Assembly: GCA_043228905.1 (NCBI GenBank)
Contig: JBHGNT010000010.1
Span: forward strand, 4,898,001 to 4,962,000
Origin: Azolla caroliniana
Taxonomy: Eukaryota; Plantae; Polypodiophyta
DNA: 64,000 bases
Direction: 5' to 3'
The position numbers and the translations under genes were made by a program. Under the pieces are notes generated by a model. That model was not told the DNA's origin. It saw only the letters and a list, made by a program, of their open reading frames with translations, and searched no databases. The first letter of the stretch is position 1; each line of letters opens with the position of its first letter. Shown in pieces: positions 1-11,445 of this stretch.

Positions 1-744
1 TAACTCTCTCATCTTCATGTTGAATAGTTGTCTAATCAATATCAATTTCGAAGATGAGGACTTCTTTTCGTACACCACCTACGGCTTCGCCCATAATGAG
101 AATGTTGTCATCTCCTTGGCCATGCTAAAGTAGATGTTTTCGACCAGATGCATTCGGATGGTGGAGCGCGCGATTTCATCTATAGATCTCTCATCTTCGA
201 CTGACATCGTAATGGGTTTTTTGCTTTGTGGAATGGCTTCGACTTGTCTTCTGATGATCAGCACATCCTGCATCATCTCCTTCCACAAAGCAAAATTTTT
301 TCCATCGAACTTTCGGATTTCAACTCGTGTTCTAGATGTGAAGCCATGTTCTGTAGGAAGTAAGATTTAACTGACCTGGTCTTTTCTTTCAATCGGATAG
401 CTTCTCCTCTTTTCTATTATTCGTCATTGTTGAACAGCAGGTCGCTCTGATACTAGTTGTTGGTTATGGTGTTCGAATATGTATGGGAACCTGTTGAGCA
501 ATGCTCGACAAACAATAACAAAAAGAGTGAGGGCAAGAATATGAACAAAAGATGGACGCGCACTTAAGCTTTAATGGAAGCTTTGTTATTTCTGCAACTC
601 TCTCTCTACAAGACCCAAGATAAAAAGAATTCATAGTATTACAACATTACGTTAGGACTTATATACGCAAGCCCTAATTATTGTACGTGTTCACACTAGT
701 AAGGATACAAAGTGGAAGGAATCAGCCTTTTATGCGGCGCAACA
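1..744 (-). mobile_element. Ty1/copia LTR retrotransposon, 5' end (LTR 458-744, PBS 444-455, degenerate gag running off the window start)
   Basis: 458-744 is bounded by TGTTG...CAACA. On the minus strand the LTR is followed by TAGTATCAGAGC, a one-mismatch tRNA-Met PBS (TGGTATCAGAGC). The gag N-terminus reads VEIRKFDGKNFALWKEMMQDVLI...ARSTIRMHL, typical of copia gag. Confidence 0.85.
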
Positions 745-797
745 CCTCGATGGTGTATCCTGGATCTTCTAAAGGTCGCACGAAACCCTTGTGTTGA
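745..797 (+). mobile_element. Ty3/gypsy integrase remnant, left of the DNA-transposon insertion
   Basis: Translates PRWCILDLLKVARNPCV(E) and continues in frame into 11446+ (HHLHRLPQIQLELSSHLQTTQA*HKTNADLH) once 798-11437 and one TSD copy are removed. Confidence 0.75.
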
Positions 798-844
798 CCC
801 GGGGACTCCACTATACATAAGAAGGTTGTATCACGTGCGTTCAT
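798..844 (+). repeat. Left terminal inverted repeat (bipartite, 47 bp)
   Basis: CCCGGGGACTCCAC-N17-TATCACGTGCGTTCAT, inverted against 11391-11437. Confidence 0.85.
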
Positions 845-1809
845 GACATCATTTATAAACCCCTTATACATATGGTTTTTACTATTTTAGTAACCCTTGT
901 GTAGAAAAAAGATTAATAAAAATACCCCTTATTACCAATATATTTTTTGATAACCACCCATTTTAAATACCCTTACATATAAAATATACATGCACACATA
1001 GGTTGCAATCCTAGAAGGGATCAATGACCACCTTTACAATTGATGACTCGCAAAATTATGAATCGACATTAAACATCATATGCAAATTCCTAGAAATGCT
1101 TCATCAAGTGCCACATAGATTGAAAACACAATGTGTAAAGTACAAAGTAATGTACACACAATTAGGAAACATTACCCAAAAACACTACAGGTATAACATA
1201 TACAAGCCACATATAAGCTTTTGTTTTTAGTTTATTGAGACGTATTAAGAACATTGAGTGATAAAAAACAATGTAATTTACAATAAAACAATCTTGAACT
1301 TAACACATACATCTCAAAGAGCACATATGGAACAATCCAAAATGCATATCAATAATGAAATTACTAACAAATTAACATTATGTCTGGTTTCATGGATATA
1401 GACTCATATAAAGCCATAATATTATTTTTTCTCAACACATTGATCAAACAAATGGCAACCTACTTCATATTTCCATTTGAAATGTAAGACATCATCTATT
1501 CACATACTCTTACCCAAATCAAAATGAAATAAAATAAATCATTTTGTTATTGCAATATCTACTTAAAAACTTATTGCAATAAAGGTTACCCTTATAAAGA
1601 TTGAGTATATAAAAAGAAAACCCTAAGAAGTTCATTTTAGGCTGTAAATTTCATGTCGTTTCCATCTTCAACATTGGACCTATATCATAAAATGTAACAA
1701 CAAAAGCAAGAAATCTTAATATACATGGAAGTAAATATTATCTTAATATACATGGAAGTAAAGAAATCAGAAAATATATTTGGAATACCGTAGGTTTATA
1801 TTTGGTTTC

Positions 1810-4800
1810 TACTCTTTTCTCCTTTTCCTGTTAAAATAAAAAGCATAAATATTAAGTTACTTTAATATATATTATATATGTACATGTATGCAAGTATATA
1901 ATTCAAAATAGCTTATATATACATACCTGGATTTCATTTCCAAAAGAAAATCGTTGAAAACTTTACAATCGCTTTCATCTAACAAATAGTTATCACATTT
2001 TGCATTATATGTGAGGTTCGCTAATCCAATAATTGACTCAAATCAACCATTTTAATATCTGTCAAATCATATGCAAATAATCTACTCCCCTTAATCTTCC
2101 TATACCAACCAAGTTGTAATTGAACATCTTCAAGTCTATCCATCAAGTCAATTCCTCTCTTATACTCCACAAATTTATTTCCAATCTTTCTTCGCATCCT
2201 TTGTACTCGTCCTAAGTACCAAACAACATTTTTATTTGATATTCCTTTTCTTTTCGGTCTTGTTGAATTAACATCTTCTTCAGTAAAGAATACAGCACAA
2301 TCTGAACCAATCCCAATTAGGTTCCCATTTCCATTTAGGAAATCATTTGCATTCTCACATGAGTAGAAGACCCCTTCTCTTACACATGTGAGTCTATCCT
2401 TTGACAATGTTGGATTACCATTTAGATGACTTACAAGTGTCGATTTAAATATAATCTTATCATCCACTTGAACAAATGAAGAGACTTTAGAGTTCACATT
2501 GTTGTCATCCAATATAGCATCCAATTCATGGCAAATTTCACTTATTGCAATCTCATCATCATTCTCCACACATTCATGCATTGTGAAGTTTTTATTGTGT
2601 TCAGCACATTCTTCATCATCTTTCTCTCCATATATATAACTCAAGGATTGTTTTGTCTCAATCCCGGGATAATTCCACCATTGCCCATTGTGTTTAGGCT
2701 TCATATTTAATGACTCACATAAAATTTGGGCTTCTTTTAAACCTTCTTTAAGTGCAAAAACAAGTTGATCATCATTTGAGATATCAATGTAGTCTTTTAA
2801 GTTTGCAAGAGGCTTGTCATGCATGAAATTGAGTTTAGACCATATTGATTCTTGCTTCTTATGAGCTCTTGGAAAAACCAATCCATTATCAATGCACTCA
2901 AATTTGGCAAGCTTGTTTACATTTTCTCTACAATGCAAAACAACTAATATATCAAACGCATGCTCCATACCAATCATTCCCCCTATTTTACTAAAAAATA
3001 TCTCAGCTCCATCAGACCCTGTGAGATGCAATGGACATTCTAGTTGTGGATAAAAGTCACGAAACATTTTTATAAGTAAAACTACAAAGTGACAAGATAT
3101 TTGTACATCCAAAAATGTTTCTCAACTAATGAAATTACTTTTTAAGTTATAAATTGGATTATCTAGAATCCATAATCTCCATATTTGAAAGAAGAATGCA
3201 ACTTTAGGTGCAAGTACCACACGCTTGAATAAGCTCTCATGAGGGGATAGAAAAATATCAATATAGTCACCTAATATATGCAAGTATACATGTGTTCCCA
3301 AAGCGCCTCTTTCTCTTACTTTGACACCTTCTCCACCTTGGTATAACATCTTTAAACAATTAGTAACATTTCTACATGCAATTCTTTGAGCTCCAACCCA
3401 ATTTTGTCTATCTTCTCTCGTAATATCACATTCCCTTAAGCCATGTGCATCAATAGAGAAGTTATTATATACCAAAGACACATGATTCAATGTGATCCAT
3501 ATATCCCCAATTACTAATTGTCTTGAGGGATTATCTAGTGCATTCACAAGTTTCTTTCCATTATGAATGAAATCTTGATCATGAAGACAACTTACCAGAT
3601 CATTATGCATTTGACCTATGAAGATCCAACCATCCCAAGGCAATTTATATCTTAAGCATATGCTTGGGGTTAAGTAATCTTGAAGCATAATCTTTCTTCT
3701 CCTACTATCTCCATCCGATGCATGTCCAACAATTGGCCCAATACTTGTGGAGAGGTGTTTTTCCCATTAAGTTTCCACTTCATTCCATTGGCCTTTTACA
3801 AAATTTGCATCAAAGCAATTACATGTACATTGTACAACCAATACTAATCGTGGAAGTTTAGGGTGAAGAGGATTCGCAATTAACACCCTAGCATAGTGTC
3901 CAACCACATAGTCTTTAAAGGAGCTAACAATGGTTTCATAGCCAGCATTAGAGTCACCCACCTTTATCATACATGATGAGACACATTGGTGATTGGATGA
4001 CTTCAAACCACAAAAACCCAAAAGTAAATCATTTGAGCTATCCCACTTAACATTCCGCTTAATCACAGTCTCATCCTCAACAATAATGAAAGGAACCTTT
4101 GTTATAATGCCATGCACTCTTTTTTCATTTTCATAAATCTTAGCCACATCCTGAAATATATAATCATGGATCCCTAGAAGGAATTTAGTTGCTTTCCTCT
4201 CAACTCTCTTTGTAGTGCTTAATGATGGTCCATCTAAATTTTTAGAAACAAAGTCGTGTAATCTTGGTCCACCCCACATTTTAATCATGACAAAAATTGC
4301 CTTAGATGTGTCTTTAAATCGTTGTCCATGTGGCTTTCGAGTAAGGTTTTGTGCAACATCTATCAAAAAAATCCCATAATGCATCCTTTCCACCAAATTT
4401 TCCAGCTCGATGAGCCTCAATAATGTTATTACAAAATCTTCGAACATCCTTCTGTTCCACACTCTCAAGGGATGCTTCCTTGAGAGTCATTACCTTTACC
4501 GAAAGCATTGCAACTTTGCAAGCTAGCCACCATATTTGTCTATGAGCGCGACGGATAGTTTGCTTAGAACTTGAAATTTCCTTTCTTGTCTCTTCTTTAG
4601 TAAGATAATCTAGTCGCCTACCCTCCCCAGTTCCTCGATTACCTCTTTTGACTTTAGCCCTACGCTCCCTATACACCCTCATACGGAAATCATTACATTT
4701 TTCACATGTAAGATTATGAAAGGGTTCTTCAATCTTCGATACTCTTTTACAATCAAAATGGTGAAAACATCCATCAATAACACACTCTTGCATCTCATAC

Positions 4801-5382
4801 ATCACAACAGCTTTGGTGTAAGGCTCCATGATGAGAAACGATTTTACATGTATTTCTTCATCATTTATCACTATGTTGTTATGCCAATATCCCCAACACA
4901 ATAGTGACAAACCAAAATAATGTGGAGTAGAGAACTCACATTCTTGACTAGATGAAGGTCGCAAGGATGAAACAAGAAATTTGCTCAAGGTTTGTTGATT
5001 TGAAGGTAAAGCTTCTTGTTTTCGTGGACGACCCGGAAATCCACTCATTATTGGTGTACTAGCATGTCGAACCATCTCCATTGCCTTTAGATGGGTCTTG
5101 GATTGTATGTGTTGAGACAAAATTGTTGACAAATCACTCCGTGGAGGGCATAATGGCAACCAAGATCCATCAATCTTGCATTTTGCCTTCACCATTGCCT
5201 TATCTTTATATCCATGAAGTGTTGCCTCTATTAAATCAAATTTTGCATCTATAAAAAAATATTTTTCACATATATTAGCATATTATTCATAACTACAATA
5301 TTAAGGTTTAAAGTACAAACATGCTTACCACTTGTAGTGTCATTAAAAGTCTTAAGCACTTCCAACGAAGACTTGATATAGA
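1810..5382 (-). pseudogene. P-element-like DDE transposase pseudogene (about 1100 aa reconstructed, with introns)
   Basis: ORFs 4314-5195, 3767-4468, 3122-3688 and 2021-3112 join into one protein. The lesions are a frameshift in a poly-T run (~4370), in-frame stops at 3767 and 3122, and a frameshift at ~2038. Motifs are GPRLHDFVSKNLDGPSLSTTKR, IIVEDETVIKRNVKWDSSNDLLLGFCG, GHASDGDSRRRK, DQDFIHNGKKLVN, EDRQNWVGAQRI and GSDGAEIFFSKIG. Predicted GT-AG introns lie at ~5328-5250 and ~1926-1828. Confidence 0.8.
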
Positions 5383-5383
5383 C

Positions 5384-5384
<1 letters not shown>

Positions 5385-5437
<53 letters not shown>

Positions 5438-5856
5438 ACATATTGTGTTATGTGTGTATGTATGTACATATTGTATTTTATTTTATTTTATTGCATTTTG
5501 TGTGTGTGTGTGTGTGTGTGTATGTACATATCGTGTTATGTGTGTATGTGTGTATGTATGTATGCATTATATGTGTATATAGGTATTGTGTGGATTGTAT
5601 GCATGTGTGTATAGGTATGTGTGTATTATGTACATATTGTATGTATGTATGTGTGTATGTATGTATGTGTGCATTATATGTGTATATAGGTATTGTATGG
5701 ATTGTATGCATGTGTGTATAGGTATGTGTGTATTATGTACATATTGTATTGCATTTATTGTATGTATTTCATGTGTGTGTTGTGTGTTATGTTTGTGTGT
5801 GTGTGTATGTATGTTCCATACAACAAATATATGTGTCCATATGTGTATGTATATTC

Positions 5857-5895
<39 letters not shown>

Positions 5896-6150
5896 ATGTA
5901 TGTATGTGTGCACATATTGTATTGTATGTATGTGTTATATGTGTAAATGTGTATGTATGTAAGTGTATATATGTGTATATAGGTATGTGTGTATGTATGT
6001 TCCATACAACATATATGTGTTTCATGTGTGTGTTGTGTGTTATGTTTTGTATTGTATGTATTTCATGTGTGTGTTGTGTGTTATGTTTGTGTGTGTGTAT
6101 GTATGTTCCATACAACATATATATGTGTCCATATGTGTATGTATATTCTA

Positions 6151-6217
<67 letters not shown>

Positions 6218-6539
6218 ATGTATGTATGTGTGTACATATTGTATTGTATGTATGTGTTATATGTGTAAATGTGTATGTATGTAAGTGTATATAGGTATGT
6301 GTGTATGTATGTTCCATACAACATATATGTGTGTACATGTGTGTATGTATATTCTACACACGTGTGTGTGTGTGTGTGTGTTTATGTATGTATTGTTTGT
6401 ATTCCATGTGTATGTATGTATGTATGTGTTATATGTGTAAATGTGTATGTATGTAAGTGTATATATGTGTATATAGGTATGTGTGTATGTATGTTCCATA
6501 CAACATATATGTGTGTACATGTGTGTATGTATATTCTAC

Positions 6540-6585
<46 letters not shown>

Positions 6586-7448
6586 TTATGTATGTATTGT
6601 TTGTATTCCATGTGTATGTATGTATGTGTGTACATATTGTATTGTATGTATGTGTATGTATGTGTAAATGTGTATGTATGTGTATATAGGTATGTGTGTA
6701 TATATGTACATATTGTATTGTAATGTATTAATTTCGTTTATTGTGTGTGTGTTGGTTTATGTTTGTACTTATGTGTACCTGTTAAATATTTGTAGAGTAG
6801 TTGTGGCAACCCCAACAGAGAATAATGGTGAGCAAAAGCGGCACGACAAGGCGAGCGGTAGCGGCGGCGGCAAAACGAGGACAAAAAGAAGGGGAGAAGA
6901 AGCAATCGCAGAGCAGAGAAGAGGAGGGAGCAAAGGAGGAGGAAGCAAATATCTAAATAAAAAAACATGAATGTTTGAATATATGTTTAGTATGAATGTA
7001 TATTATGTATGTATGTGCACATAATGTATGCATGAATGAATGAATGAATATATATATATATATATATGTAATGTATGCATAAAATATGTATGCTTCAATG
7101 ATTAAACATGAATGAATGAATATATGAATGTACATATGTAATATGTAATGTATGTATATTTGTATGTGTGTGTGTGTGTGTGTGGATATTTGTTTGTAAT
7201 ATGTATGTATGTGTATGTACATGTAGCAATGTATAAAAGACTGTATGGCATATATGCATATGCAAATGTACATGATTCAATGTGTATGGATGTGTGATTG
7301 TAATATGTGCATAATATCTATGTATATATATGTGTATGTATATGTAGCAATGTATAAATGAATATATGTATGTCCATGTACGAATGTACATATGTGTATG
7401 GATATATCCATATGTAATGTGTGTGTATGTATAGAAGACTATATGTAG

Positions 7449-7484
<36 letters not shown>

Positions 7485-9913
7485 GTATGTGTGTATATAT
7501 CTAATATATGTATGTATGTACGTATGCGTATGTACATGTAGCAATGTATAAAAGACTATATGTATGTCCATGTACGAATGTATATATGTTTATGCATATA
7601 TGCATATGTCACGTATGTATGTATGTATGTGTATGCATATATGCATATGCAAATGTTTTTTTTTTTTTTTTTTCCGGGAAAAATATCCTTTCATTAGTTA
7701 TGAACAACATTACAAAAAATTGACCTACCATCAAGCTACCATTGATCTGGTGCATTCTTCCTTAGGTCCCATCCCTCAACACTCCACCACTCCTTAACCA
7801 AGTTATGTGATTGGTGGTGGGAACAACCATACTGGTGGCGCTAAGCACCATTTAGGTCTTGAATTTTGTATTGTGAGAAAAGGGGTCTTCTTCCAATAGA
7901 CAATAAATTCGAGACGTTGCAACACTGCAACATCTGTCTCACCTTTAATATCCTCATACTATCCTTTCAAGGTATGTACCATCTCCATCCAGACATTCCG
8001 TGTACTTTCCACTGGATGAATTGTAGTATTACCAAACACCTTAGAACACCTAGCAGTCCAAATAAACCACATTGTGGTGGTGCATAGTAGCTCCCATACC
8101 TCTTGCATTGTCTTTAACATGTAAGGAGCCTCCATTTGACTTTGTTGCACCTCCATTATCCTTCCGCTTTGAATTCTAATAATCGTGTCATTTGGGCATG
8201 CATCATATGGCCACACCACTTGTGCCACTGTGGCCCATACTACCATACCCCACGAAAAACTGCAATCCCTAAACATAAAGGCAAGAACTCGGAACACTCG
8301 CCTCCAAACTTGCTGTGCAGCATGACATTCCCACAAGCAATGTTTCAATGTCTCCATCTGACAACAACAATAGATGCATGCGGTCGGTGCAGCTGATTGT
8401 TGCAACCATTGGCCAATTGGCAATGCTCTATGTATTACTAACCATTGGAAGACATTTATTTTCATATCTTGCTTCCTTTTCCATAATGTTCCCCAAAACT
8501 TTGTTAGGAATTCCGATGTGATCCCTTGGTGGTTCCAAAATTGACTAGCTCGTGGTGTAGTCCTACGTTGAGCTGCCAAAATGTGTCGTCCCATCTTAAC
8601 TGAATACTGAAAAAAACCATACCTTTTTCCCATACGATCAAACGGATCTTTCCACCAAAATTACATGATTCAATGTGTATTGATGTGTGATTGTAATATA
8701 TGCATAATATCTATGTAGATATCTTATTTATATATGTGTATGTATGTGTAGCAATGTATAAATGAAGATATGTATGTCCATATACAAATGTACATATGTG
8801 TATGCATATATCCATATCTAATGTATGTATGTATGTGTATGCATATATCCATATGACAATGTACATGATTCAATGTGTATGGATGTGTGATTGTAATATT
8901 TATGTATATATCTAATTTATGTATATGTAGAAAGTAGCAATATATAAATGAATATAGGTATGTCCATGTATGAATGTACATATGTGTATGCATATATATG
9001 ACAATGTACATGATTCAATGTATATGAATGTGATTGTAATATATGCATATGCAATGTATGTATGTACACGCATGAATGTACATGTATGCATGTACATATG
9101 TATATATATGTAATATGCAATGCATGTATGTTTGTATGTGTAATAGTGTACTATGCATACATGACTGTGTTCATAATATTTATGTATGTGTAAGTATACA
9201 TGTATGTATTGTAGTATGTGATGAAATGTATGTATGTATGTGTATGCATGTATGTAATGTATGTATATATGTGTATGGATGTATGTTTGTAAAACTTTTA
9301 ACATTGTAGGCATATGTACATATATATATGGTGATATGTGGAATATTTATGTACATATGTAATGTATGTCTATGTATGCATATATGTATTTGTCAATATA
9401 CATGATTTAATGAGTATGAATATGTTTGTAATATGTGCATATATATCTAATATATGTATGTGTGTGTGTGTGTATATGGTCATATATATGTAAATGTATG
9501 AATGTATGTACGTGTATATATGTAATGTATTTATGTATGTATATTTTTGGGATATTTTCATGTTTAGTACATATGTATATGGCTCGTATATGGATGTATG
9601 TTTGTAATATGTACGTAATATGCATGTATATATCCAATGTATGTGTAAGTATACATATATCTAATGTGTGTGTGTGTGTGTGTGTGTGTAAGTATTGTGG
9701 TTTGTATGGTCTAGTATGATCTATACATATGGTGATATGTAGAATATGTATGTACATATGTAATATATCTATGTATGTATATATGTAATTTATGCATGTG
9801 TAAATTTGTATATTGTGTAATAGGTATGGATTATGTGCTATGTAATATCTAATTTATTTATGTGTAAGTATACATATACATATCTAATGTGTGTGTAAGT
9901 ATACATATATCTA

Positions 9914-9951
<38 letters not shown>

Positions 9952-11220
9952 TATGTATATATATAAGTATTGTGGTTTGTATGGTCCAGTATAATCTATA
10001 CATATATATATGGTGATATGTGGAATATGTATGTACATATGTAATATGTATATCTATGTATGTATCTATATATGTATATATGTATGTGTAAATTTGAATA
10101 TTGTGTAATATATGCTATGTAATATCTAATTTATTTATGTGTGTGCACGTGTATATATATGTAATATATGTAACTTGTTTGTAAGTATGAAGATTTGTAT
10201 ATATATAGTATGTAATCTTAGCCTTTAGGTGTTAATATGTATTTGTATGTGTATACATATATATAATATGTAATTTATTTTTGTGTGTTTTGTATGTATA
10301 TATGCATTTGTGTATGTATATATCTGTAATATATAATTTTATTGTATGTATTATGTACATATTTACATATGGTAATATATATTTGTACATATATTTATGT
10401 TTAGTTAATATGTATGTATAAATGAGTGTAATGTATGTATATACATATTCATGGATGTAGGTATATATGCATGTGTGATGTGTGATATATGAATGTAGCC
10501 TGTAGGTATATATGCATGTATATGATATGCATGTGTGATGTGTGTTATGTTTGTGTGTGTATGTATGTATATATTGTATTGTATTGTATGTATGGAATGT
10601 GTGTATGTGTATATAATATATATATATATATTATTATATATAATATGAATTTTATTTTTTTTGTGTTTGGTTTGTATATTTGCATTTGTATATAATTGTG
10701 TGTATAATAATAAATGTGTGTAATATGTAATATATAAAATATGTTTGTAAGGAAGTGTATGTATAAATGTAATATGTAATTTTTATGTATGTATGTCAAT
10801 ATATATGGCCAATTCTAATAAGTATGTAGTATGTAATGCATGTATGTATGTGTATGTACATATTTACATATGGTAATATATATTTGTACATATGTAATAT
10901 ATAAAATATGTTTGTAAGGAAGTGTATGTATAAATGTAATATGTGATTTTTATGTATGTATTATTTATATATGTATGTCAATATATATGGCCAATTTTAA
11001 TATGTATGTAGTATGTAATGCATGTATGTATGTGTATGTACATATTTACATATGGTAATATATATTTATGTTTAGTCAGCATGCATGTATAAATGGGTGT
11101 AATGTATGTATGTATATACATATTCATGGATGTAATGTTTGAATGTAGGTATATATGGATGCATGCATGTATATGTATGTATGTATGTATGTATGCCACT
11201 TCAAATTTGAGTATTGTTTG
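5385..11220. repeat. Low-complexity (TG/TA/TATG)n purine-pyrimidine array with higher-order repeats, inside the DNA transposon
   Basis: Long (TG)n tracts and the recurring unit GTATGTTCCATACAACATATATGTG...TATTCTACA (~5810, 5997, 6102, 6308, 6489). The array is interrupted by a GC-rich island (~6790-6950) and a LINE. Confidence 0.95.
7655..8661 (-). mobile_element. 5'-truncated LINE (L1-like) 3' fragment with poly(A) tail
   Basis: ORF 7959-8633 has a zf-RVT-like motif (KINVFQWLVIHRALPIG...CIYC...ETLKHCLWECHAAQQVW). Poly-T lies at 7655-7673 on +. The 3' UTR motif is shared with the LINEs at 28.1 and 49.9 kb. Confidence 0.85.
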
Positions 11221-11390
11221 CATAATATATTCTTTACTATCTCGTTGAAATATCTAATATTTCATGGGCTTATGTAATTTTTTTTTCAACATAATTGATA
11301 ATACCCTTATGTAAAAATATTTTCAAATCTTTATTAATACCCTTATGTGTATATATTATGTATCTCACTGATTAATTAAAACCCCTTTTG

Positions 11391-11437
11391 ATGAACTCAC
11401 GTGCTATCATACAAGTTTTGACCGTGAAGTCCCCGGG
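11391..11437 (-). repeat. Right terminal inverted repeat (bipartite, 47 bp)
   Basis: Reverse complement reads CCCGGGGACTTCAC-N17-TAGCACGTGAGTTCAT. Confidence 0.85.
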
Positions 11438-11445
11438 AGTGTTGA

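Larger units (their letters stand above)
798..11437 (-). mobile_element. TIR DNA transposon of 10,640 bp, P-element-like superfamily, both ends intact, transposase inactivated
   Basis: Left end is CCCGGGGACTCCAC and the right end (reverse complement) is CCCGGGGACTTCAC. A second inverted block matches 14/16 at equal spacing. The 8-bp TSD is TGTGTTGA (790-797) / AGTGTTGA (11438-11445). An internal DDE transposase has the P-type motif order. Confidence 0.88.

Noticed and set aside
809-813. CACTA pentamer suggesting an En/Spm element
   Set aside because: It lies inside the TIR, has no TAGTG partner at the other end, the TSD is 8 bp rather than 3 bp, and the transposase lacks CACTA motifs.
1810-5382. 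hAT or KDZ/Zisupton assignment (also 8-bp TSD)
   Set aside because: No hAT DxW / CxxH / TRW / C-terminal dimerisation motifs and no KDZ CxC or FH...H..C motifs were seen; motif spacing fits P better. This was not confirmed by profile search.
5321-11223. Dozens of Cys/Val/Tyr/His-rich ORFs
   Set aside because: They are translations of (TG)n/(TATG)n low-complexity sequence, open in many frames on both strands.
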